DNA from: Catajapyx aquilonaris
Lineage: Eukaryota
Direction: 5' to 3'
DNA: 40,885 nucleotides
Assembly (NCBI GenBank): GCA_000934665.2
Contig: JYFJ02003496.1
Span: forward strand, 1 to 40,885
Part shown: one piece after another, positions 23,454 through 32,795 of the stretch
How the letters are laid out: each line of letters opens with the position of its first letter
How positions within the stretch are numbered: the stretch's first letter is position 1
Notes under the pieces: model-generated
The model's database searches: none
Told to the model about the DNA's origin: nothing
Seen by the model: only the letters and a program-made list of their open reading frames with translations
Position numbers and translations under genes: made by a program

Positions 23454-23520
23454 ATGTGGAAAATTAGGATCAACCGCGAGCTTTTTCCTCTCAAGGTCTA
23501 CTACTTCCTGTTTGTTGCAG
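23454..23520 (+). CDS. MFSD6-like MFS transporter B, exon 1
   Basis: accATG MWKIRINRELFPLKVYYFLFVA, G|gtcagt; family N-terminal LxPxKxxYFL motif. Not in the ORF track. Confidence 0.85.
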
Positions 23521-24605
23521 GTCAGTTTGATTTTATACATAAGGTTCACATATTACCTTCGGATTTTTCTGCATGCTACTGGCCTACATAATGTAGTGTG
23601 CTGTGCGTGCTCATTGTTGTATGCCCAGCCCTTCCTTTCTCTTGACTGTCACTTTCACCTTGAGTAAGGAACTCAGGTATAAAACAGGTAGTTATGGCAA
23701 GTGCAAGTTTTTTAAATGGTAAAAATGCAAATGCGTGTCGGAATAAAATGTTTACAATACATAATGGACCAGTATCGTATGTTGTGCAATATGATTCCAC
23801 ACTTAAACTCTTCAGCATTATTTTAAAAAAATGTAACCTATAATATATTTCTCTATGGCGAGCCACATGCGATCACATGCTGCTGAGCAAGTTATAAATG
23901 GTACTTTAATAACATTCGCCGGAAAATAGCGGAAATAATATGAAGAAGTCCTATTTTCAGAATAAGGCAAAAGTGAAGGGGAAAGTACGCTGAAAAAAAG
24001 AGCGTAACTGATGTCGACCAGGGTCGAACAAGGTATTTCGTCACCTCATTTACTGCAGACCTACACGGGCCGATGTTGAGGAACTTGAAAAGGTGTCACA
24101 ATGCAACAGTCGAGTTGCTTGCTGAATACATGATGAGGCACAACCTGAAGCATCGCGCTGTTCTATAACATTATTGAGTAGGTACGCACTTATAGTGACG
24201 TTTTATGTGCCTGTACTGCAGGTGTGCACGTGAGCCATATACAGGCACTGGAATAAAAACCTTCGCTTGCATTATTTCAAGCACTTCAAAACAGAATGAT
24301 AGTGTTGTAACAATACGAACATTACGCAACCTTTCAATTCAAAAGTGTAAGGGGCGAAGGACATGATAGGCCTACAGCATGCAACAACCGGTTTCAGTAA
24401 TGCAAGCATGCAGCAGTACCTGTCATAAACCTGACGTAGCTATCTATAGTACAATATAAAAGGCCAGACTACCTAATAACAGACCCTCACTTTTTCCAGC
24501 TTTTCCGGAATCCTAGGGGTGTTTGAAGGATAAATGAAAATTGCTTTCAGTTTACAATGGACCAAATTGAAGGTTATTAATTAATGTGATTTAATGATAT
24601 TAAAG

Positions 24606-24704
24606 GTGCGGCTCCCATCATGCCCTTTTTGACACTGTTCGCCAGGCAAAAAGGACTCTCCGAAGTGGATGTTGGTCTGGTCTTCGGACTCATGCCATTT
24701 GCAG
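24606..24704 (+). CDS. MFSD6-like B exon 2
   Basis: taaag|GT then AAPIMPFLTLFARQKGLSEVDVGLVFGLMPFA, G|gtatgt. Confidence 0.85.
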
Positions 24705-25358
24705 GTATGTAATACATTTCATGTAATGTGTGATGTACTATACCTTGTGTAATCATCCACGTGGTAGCGCCTTAATCGAAGTGATCAGACTGAATGACCG
24801 CCACAGTCACTCAATTATTGAATGGTTTATGCTGCACAGAAAAGAAAAAAAAAGCAGTGTCAAGGTTGAGTTTCGTCATTGCTAATATGCTCGCTGACAT
24901 TTTACACGCGCATAGATTCAGTGTCTCATAATATCATGCTCGGGTCATATTTTAATTTTCATGCCCAATGTTGATATTATTTTCTCGCTTTTATAATGAC
25001 GTTTCATTGATTCAGAGATTGCTTTAGTTTTAGAGTCAGTAACTTCCGCATATCTTCAGATAGGGCGATTCCTTTTTGATGACGCATTGGAAGCAATAGC
25101 AATGCCGGATTTCTTGATATTATGGTTCATAACTTGCCGCTCCCCTCGTAACATAATTTATTTAATTGCTGTCACACACCGTGATAAAGATTCGCAGCCA
25201 AAGATATTACAGTAGGCTAATTGGTCTTGCAATAAGGTATCGCTCTTCCTTAAACAACTCCGGAAGTTACTGACCACCCTCAACGATGTATAGGCTTCTT
25301 CCGAATTCTAAGAAAAAAAAGTATCATTCACGGATATCTTGTTTAGTTTAGAAGCACG

Positions 25359-25452
25359 CTGGTAATAAGGGCCATCCTGTGGCGCACCCTGGCGCACCAA
25401 AACATCCCTCTTGCATGGGTCGTCTGGCGCTCAGGATGATCCCTATTACCAG
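25359..25452. repeat. Small imperfect hairpin (MITE-like) in intron 2 of MFSD6-like B
   Basis: CTGGTAATAAGGGCCATCCTGTGGCGC / GCGCTCAGGATGATCCCTATTACCAG. Confidence 0.55.
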
Positions 25453-25998
25453 ATATATTTAAAACATAATAATTATGCGTATTGCAGTATCTCCTAAATG
25501 AAGCAGAAATTGTCTAAATAAATTAGGGTAATTTTTTTCTTATAAATTCGCAAGACGCCTAAATCAGAGGGGAACTGTTGGCATTTGGCGTCTGTACAAT
25601 AGGAAATAGATAAACGTCATAGTATTCTGAATGTCATTTGTTATGCACAGGTACCTCACACTCACAGCACTGTCACTGTGCTATATAAGAAAAAATTGTG
25701 TAGTTGTGAGCCATTTCATAAAGCAGATATTACCAGTAACGCAAACCAAATATGGGCAAACACGCACCTAGTGTTAGTGACTGGTGAATTGCCCGTGTGT
25801 TTGCAAGATCACGATTTCATCCGAAGTTCTAAAGTCTGTCCATTGCATGCAAATGAAACGAATGGGACTCCCCAACTCGTCGCTCTACTTAAAATACACA
25901 TGACTGGCAAAGGCCAGTACAGTGGGGAATAAATAATTTTTTTTCCACCAAAACTGATCAAAATGTGTATCCATAACGGTGTATTGTCTCCTCCAAAG

Positions 25999-26459
25999 GT
26001 CTACTGTCCAAACCTGCATACGGAGCTCTTTCGGACTGGCTAGGACGTCGCCGTTTGATCCTCACACTGGTCCTTCTACTTAGTGCCGCCTGCAACTTGG
26101 GTCTGGTTCTGCTGCCAGACACATCCGAAAGCAATCAGGAGGGCATACTGCAACCAGTAACGATATGCACACCCAACAGCATGAAACAAACACCAGATCT
26201 GGATGGACAAGTATGGCGATGCTTGAACCCCACAGGTCTGCAAGCCTGCCCCGAAAATGTGGTCCTTCCGATAGAGAGCCAATGCAGAGTGTTTTGTCCC
26301 AGTGCAGATGGTATTGGTAGTGTGAACAGGGTAGAAGTCAACTACAATGAAACCTGCACGAGATTATGGGTCACATGGAGGTTATGGCCTAGTCAGTTCC
26401 AGAAGGTGGGGGTGGGTGAATGCAAGGAGCTGGAATGTCGCCTGATTGACTGCCCACAG
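25999..26459 (+). CDS. MFSD6-like B exon 3 (TM segments plus a Cys-rich loop)
   Basis: ccaaag|GT then LLSKPAYGALSDWLGRRRLIL...IDCPQ|gtgagt. Confidence 0.87.
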
Positions 26460-26528
26460 GTGAGTAGATTTTGAAGAGCCATACACAATATTTTCAGATT
26501 TTGGAGTGACTGACTTATTATTGCCCAG

Positions 26529-26883
26529 GAAGTGGGCATATGGAATGAAGAAGGTACCTCAGAGGAGTCGATGATACCCAGCAGTCTCTTCTGGGCTTTG
26601 AGTGCTCTGGTGATGGCAGGAGGGGCTCATATGCTGGCATCCATGAGCCTGAGTGATGCAGTCTGCTATTCGGCCCTGGGCCCAAAAGACCGGCTCAAGT
26701 TTGGGCAACAGAGGTTGTGGGGAACCATTGGGTGGGGTATCTTCTCCTTCCTTGGAGGACTCATGGTAAACCAGCTCAGCATGGGAAAGGCACATAAGGA
26801 CTACTCTCCTTGTTTCTACATGGGAATGGTCATCACCCTCTGCGCCATTCTGGCAGTCTGGAAGATCCGATCTGTCGACGGAG
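26529..26883 (+). CDS. MFSD6-like B exon 4
   Basis: gcccag|EVGIW...SLSDAVCYSALG...FGQQRLWGTIGWG...KDYSPCFY...DG, G|gttagt. Confidence 0.88.
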
Positions 26884-26944
26884 GTTAGTAGATTTTTAAG
26901 TCTTGTGACACTAAAATTGCCTCAGTTAATCTTATCTCCTGCAG

Positions 26945-27640
26945 AAAATGGCACAAATAATGCTGAAAAAAATGGTTCCGCTACTAGTGATGCCACTCCA
27001 AATAAAACCGGCAGTCAAACATCTGACACTAGCCTCTGGAGTGTTCTCGTCCGTCCCTCCGCAATTGTCTTCTTCCTATGGTGTATAATTTTTGGAATGT
27101 CCATGGGACTGCTCATCCAGTTCCATTTCTGGTACATTGAGGATCTGACCACATGCGAAGGACGTCAATCCATCAAGTTGCTGCAAGGCATTATACTTGG
27201 TCTGCGATGCTTTGGGGCTGAACTTCCATTTCTGATGGCCTCAGGCTGGTTTATAAAGAAGATCGGAATTCCCCACTGCTTAACGTTTGGCATGGCAACT
27301 GCTGGCGTTCGGTTCATCCTGTATTGGTTAATACAAGATCCATGGTGGGCATTGCCATTGGAAGTGCTCCATGGACCTGCTTTTGCAATCTCGATTGTTG
27401 CACTCACTTCGTATGCAAGCACCATAGCTCCTCCAGGTTGTGAGGCGACCATGCAAGGGGTGGCTGGAGCATGCTGGGACTCCATCGGTCTTGGATCAGG
27501 GACACTGATTGCTGGAGTTCTCTTCAGGAAGATAGGGGGTGGCCACACTTTCTTAGCATTTGGAATTGCCTTGTTGGTGATGGCATTGTTGCATGCCCTC
27601 GTGACGTATGCGCTTGAAGCCAGGAGTCAACCAAAAGCAA
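26945..27640 (+). CDS. MFSD6-like B exon 5
   Basis: cctgcag|AA then NGTNN...QFHFWYIEDL...GAELPFLMASGW...DPWWALPLEVLHG...APPGCEATMQG...PKA, A|gtatgt. Confidence 0.88.
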
Positions 27641-27705
27641 GTATGTACCATTCCAGTAATTTTACAGTTACTTCAACCATGTTACAAATTATTGATGTGC
27701 TTCAG

Positions 27706-27845
27706 ATGCAGATGGAAGTGCTTCAAAATGTGACAGTGTCAAGGAGGCAGACGACATCAAGCATTCCAATGGCGTGAGGAGTAACAACAATGCAAACTCC
27801 ATCGACAATGCCAGTTATATCCACGATGAAGAGTCTCACTTTTAA
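27706..27845 (+). CDS. MFSD6-like B exon 6 (cytoplasmic tail, stop codon); joined CDS is 1818 nt, 605 aa
   Basis: cttcag|AT then ADGSASKCDSVKEADD...DNASYIHDEESHF*; AATAAA at 27852-27857. Confidence 0.75.
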
Positions 27846-27900
27846 CCAAAAAATAAATTTATTATTATTGTTATTCTTGTTATTCTTGTTATTTTTATTA

Positions 27901-28040
27901 CACTGTACTCCCGATTATCCGTATTCCGGATTATACGTGCATGGCTAAAACAAACAAAAGTCCGAAAAAATGTCAATTTTTCTCGCAAACAAAATAATGT
28001 AACAGGCTATTTCCAGAAGACAAACTAAAAATCTATACGA
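27901..28040. mobile_element. Truncated P2 MITE
   Basis: TA|CACTGTACTCCCGATTATCC; the internal part matches the 17235 and 36595 copies. Confidence 0.7.
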
Positions 28041-28667
28041 AAATTTGGACATGGATTGTATGATGCACCTTGTACACTCACCTATGACTTGATGGCCGGA
28101 AAGAAACCTCGTGGATGATTGTTCCGACCCGTTCCGACCAACTCCGACAATCAACTGGCGAATAAACAGGAATCACTTTGACCAGCTCCCTTTTTTTTAA
28201 TACCGGAGGAAGATAAGCCCAAGCAAAGATCGAGTCACATGACATGCAGAGGCTCATGGGACAAGTTTTTTTTCTGTAGGAAAGATTACCTGCGGGAGAC
28301 TGGCCTGTTTAATCTCATTACACCAATTGAAAAGGGGAGCACGGGAGAAAAATGCGCCGAAAAAATGGCATTGTCCCAGTGCGCAGTGGAGGCAGAAATA
28401 TTTCAAACTCTATATAATACCTATCCATTCCATTCCGGTCCATTCCAATTTAGTGCAAGTACCGGTTGATTGTCGGGTCAGAGGTCACCCGAGACGATTG
28501 TTACAACCATAGAATGATATCGGAATACTATATGTAATAGTATTCTGATATCTATGGTTACAACATCCGCGGTATTGTATACCTCTTATCTTTGGTCATC
28601 TCCATGTCGTTGATGATGCATTCAGTTGTGAGGAGCTCGGGAAAGCAAAAGTCCATAATAATCATTT

Positions 28668-29655
28668 TTACAGGAGAGAAGGATAACCTGTCATATCTGG
28701 AAACGGTTGCAAACTGAAAGTACCGGTACTTGATACTCTGATAGGCTTGAAATAGCATTTTTATGCATTTCTTGGTGCAAGTTTTGAAAATCTGAGATTG
28801 ATATAGTTTAGCCAGAAAATTGGCGATCGGTTTGGATCTAGCTGGTTTTGCTTGAAAAAAAAATGTATTTTTTCCACAAATTTTTTCATATATGGAGAGA
28901 GTTAAGATGCGGATTCCCAGGGTACTATCAGAAGTTACAAATGTGGCCTACTGCATTGTCTCAAGAAGATACAGAACAAGAGAGTTGTGAATAACAAAGG
29001 TGAAGTGGATGGGAACAAATATGACTGGCATGGTATGGTATGGTCAAGATTCCAGGAAACTCAGCTAGAAAATTGACATAATTACCGCTATGTGCAAATG
29101 GGTCGTTTTCCAAAATTACAGTATATGGCAGATGCAGAGTTTACGTCTCCTCCAAAACTTTTTTGGCAAAATGTTATGATCTTTTTTGGGCTGAAGATAC
29201 GGCGAAGCCATGAGTTACCAGTAAGATGGAACAGGGCAGGTAATAAATTAAGCAGATAATAAAATGACTAGACTATACACTAGAGCATCAGCAGAATTGG
29301 GACCCATATTGGTATAGCCTACATCATCACTTGAGGAGCTCCCAAGCAAATGCAGCGAACTCCAAAATAAGAAACTGTACAGGACAGGAGAAAACCCTGT
29401 CATTTGGAAACGATTGCATACTGAAAGTAGCTGATAAGGGGGTCATGAGATGGCATTTTTATGCATTTTTAAATGTAAGTTTTGAAAGTCGTGGATTGGT
29501 AGTTTAGCGACAAATTTGGAGGTCGGTTTAGAGTTAGCTCGTTTTGCTTCGAATCCTCTGGAGTATGTAGGTTTTGCTTGAAAAAACACTATTTTTTCCA
29601 CAGAAATTATTATTTTTTACAATAATATGGAGAGTGTTAAAATGCTGATTCCACC
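28668..29655 (+). repeat. Diverged direct duplication (about 28668-28920 and 29378-29655)
   Basis: Shared GGAAACG.TTGCA.ACTGAAAGTA, GCATTTTTATGCATTT, GGTTTTGCTTGAAAAAA and ATATGGAGAG.GTTAA.ATGC.GATTCC. Confidence 0.7.
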
Positions 29656-29828
29656 ACTCGTGAGACAGTCACATGTATATGTATTGTAGGCAGGGATACG
29701 AAAAAAAAATCTAAATTTAACACATTTAACATTGTGGAAAAAATTATCACATTGGAGCTGGCTTGATATTCACACAAATTTGGAGTTAGCTGCTTTTGTT
29801 TGAAACAAACGTATTTCATGGCTTGGAG

Positions 29829-30049
29829 CAGTGGCGGATCCAGGGATCTTTTCTGGGAGGGGCACAAGGGAACTTCTTGGGGGGGGGGGGGCGCAGGGCC
29901 CGCCGCAGGCAAAAATTTTTCCGGTTCAAGGTCACAACTCTTCCTCGCGACCCCAAATTTGGGGTCGCAACCGCAAAACGGTAAATAACCCATAGAACAG
30001 TGCAATTTTGCACTNCCCCCCCCCCCCCCCCCACCTAAATCCGCCCCTG
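29829..30049. mobile_element. hAT-type MITE
   Basis: CAGTGGCGGATCCAGG / CCTAAATCCGCCCCTG termini; flanks GCTTGGAG and GCTT-GCTTGGAG. Confidence 0.72.
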
Positions 30050-30238
30050 GCTTGCTTGGAGTTAGCTGGTTTTGCTTAGGACACGCATATTTGGGGCCAT
30101 TTTGCACCCATTTCGGTGTGGCTGCGATGCATCATATTTGGGTACTTGGTAGAGGACAACATGGAGATATGCCACTTCAAACTCATTTCCCCCCTCTATT
30201 GAGTATTGGAGTTAGCTGCTTTTGCTTGGTACCGGTAT

Positions 30239-30855
30239 ATCTAGAGTAGCATCCTGCTACGTATATCTGTACAATGCGGAAGGTGTACAGTATATTGTGG
30301 AACATATTATGAAACAAGGACATGCGCTTGTTTCAATTTTATTGATTGATATAATATAATATAATGTCATTGCTGTGATTCATGCCAGATGGGGTATGCG
30401 AGAAGATACTGCTTGACTAGTGTCCGAATGATCGTGTGCGGCAATTTTATAAACCGTTGGGTCTGTGGTCTATCCTATTCTTTTTACAATTCTTTAATTA
30501 CAATGTAACTTAATAGGCCTATATTGATCTAAATTTGGAAATATTCTCCAAATTTAGATCATTAAGTTACATTGTAATTAAAGAATTGTAAAAAGAATAG
30601 GATAGACCACAGACCCAACGGTTTATAAAATTGCCGCACACGATCATTCGGACACTAGTCAAGCAGTATCTTCTCGCATACCCCGTCTGGCATGAATCAC
30701 AGCATTTTAGAGGAAAAGTGATTTTAATATATTATATTATATCAATCAATAAAATTGAAATAAGCGATGTCCTTGTTTCATAATAATTATGTTCCACAAT
30801 ATACCGTACACCTTCCGCATTGTGCAGATATACGTAGCAGGATGCTACTCTAGAT
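30239..30855. mobile_element. Foldback element of 617 bp (arms of about 300 bp, loop of a few nt)
   Basis: ATCTAGAGTAGCATCCTGCTACGTATATCTG is mirrored at the right end, with the centre near 30543. Probable 8-bp TSD ACCGGTAT / ACAGGTAT. Confidence 0.85.
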
Positions 30856-31356
30856 ACAGGTATCCAAATTCCAAAGTCACACCTATCGTTAGTATTAGCG
30901 TAGGTGGTGTCCCTATACGAACATGGCCAAACAATGGAACTCGAATATGCTGAAGTCACTGCAGGTTTCCATTGTTGGATTCATTGTTGACTTGTCGAAA
31001 GCCATTGTTGCCATTGTAACGCTAGGACCTACTTATATGTTTAAAAGCGCCTATTTGTTTCGCTCGGTTCGCTTTCGTAATTTTCTGTAACGCAATGCAT
31101 GCCGTTTGTTTATGTGTAGTATGTATAGTACCCGTGCCAAAACTTGGCAACACAGCCTTGGCTATCCTCCCCTCTCCTCCCTCTCTCCATTTGGACGCAG
31201 TATGAAAATCCACGCTACCAGGTGGTGCGCATCCTCTGCACACTATACTGCCTCTCCATGTGGAAAGTGGTAACTATATAGCTACATGCACATAGGTGAT
31301 AGGTCACCGCAGCCCTCTGACCAGCCCCCGGACACTTATACTACATTATGATCTTA

Positions 31357-31650
31357 TCACCTGCCGGGGCGTTTTGCAGAAGGTGCTCACTTGAGAGCGC
31401 CATGAGACGCTTTCATTTCCCAGGTAAGTGGCGAACCTACCGGACTAGGCTGAACTTTATAGGTACAAAAGGGAAGCGCTACATGCGGGACCAAAATGCC
31501 CGCCGGCGACCATGTTGGGTCCCAATGTAGCGCTTCCCTTTTGTACCTGTGAAGTTCAGCCTAGTCCGGTAGGGTCGCCACTTACCTGGGAAGTGAAAGG
31601 TCTCATGGCGCTCTCAAGTGAGCACCTTCTGCAAAACGCCCCGGCAGGGG
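31357..31650. repeat. GC-rich foldback with arms of about 140 bp
   Basis: CCTGCCGGGGCGTTTTGCAGAAGGTGCTCACTTGAGAGCGCCATGAGAC is exactly mirrored at about 31600-31648. Confidence 0.85.
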
Positions 31651-31669
31651 GTAGGTGATGGGAGTGACC

Positions 31670-31790
31670 AGACCTGAGTATTCTAAGATCATGCCTCTGA
31701 GCTCTGACACTCCCTATACCAGTATACATTTCTCCCCTTGTGAGCTTAGCTCTACTCCCCCTCGGTGGGAGAGCAGAGCTAAGCTCACAC
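31670..31790. mobile_element. Internally deleted relative of the 6665-7000 element
   Basis: CACTCCCTATACCAGTATA...TGTGAGCTTAGCTCT / AGAGCTAAGCTCACA hairpin. Confidence 0.6.
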
Positions 31791-32121
31791 AATATGGAGG
31801 GGATCTAATTTTTTTTGAAAACTTTGTGGTACTTTTGAGAACTTTTGGGGGTATTTTTGCAACCTTTTTGTTTTGAAAACTCTAGAAAAACTTTGACAAT
31901 TTTGAAAACTTTGTGATACCGTACTTTTGAAGAATTTTTTTTGCCTTTTGTGCCTTTTAACGTGTGAGGTCTGTTAGGAGCTATCCAATCTATCAAGCTA
32001 TCAAATAATTTCGTTGGTGCATTCGGGCAATAGGGTTTTAAAATTGGGACATTCTTTTTCGATGACCCTGTATATCTGGAGTCTACTGTACATGTGCATT
32101 TAACAATTCCCCTAACCTTAG

Positions 32122-32795
32122 GAAGGAGCTGAAGAAGACTTATGAAGGCCGCCTGAAGAAAGAGATGTCTGGCCTCACATATGAAGTTTTGGGAAAAATA
32201 ATGGAGGTGCTGGTGAATGGCAACATCAGTGACCTGGTCAGTTTGCAGGTCCCTCAGGCAGCCCAGCTATGTTCTGTTCAGATGCTGGATACTCTGTATC
32301 CCCTTGAGCATGGCTTGCGTAAGCCCCCCATTCACTTGCCCTTCAAGAAGATTAGCAATGTTAATTTTGCCCGAAGTGGAGGAGCAATCGCTCTTTTGAT
32401 TTTGAGATCAAGACCAATGATGGTCTGGTCCACACATTCACTGATGGTTTTGAGCAAGTTGAATGTGAGAAGCTCTTTGACTTCATCGATGGCAAGAATA
32501 AGCTACCAGTGATTAATTATTGTGGCAAGGGACACAGGTCAACTCGAGCGGAAGATGAGTTTTCGGCTGTTGAGGACGAGGCTGGAGATGGTGTAGACGA
32601 CATGGAAGCACCCTCTGAGAGCAATTAAAGTGAAGATGAGGACTTAGACCTGCTGAAGAGCAGAGCGAATTGTTGTCTGCAGAGTTTCACTCACCTGTAA
32701 GCAGCTCCACCTCTGGGGTTGATGGTGAGAGTGGTAAGGAAGCAGACAGAAAGAAAAAGAAGGCAAAGAGAAAGCCTGCCAAATCTAAGACAACA
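32122..32795 (+). pseudogene. SSRP1: Degenerate orphan exon of SSRP1 (FACT subunit; middle/Rtt106-like domain plus acidic and basic linker)
   Basis: KTYEGRLKKEMSGLTYEVLGKIMEVLVN, YPLEHG..KPPIHLPF..ISNVNFARSGG, SNRSFDFEIKT..GLVHTF and EKLFDFI appear in shifting frames, followed by acidic and then KKKKAKRKPAKSKT segments. Several frameshifts and stops. Bounded by ccttag| and |gtaagt. Confidence 0.85.
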
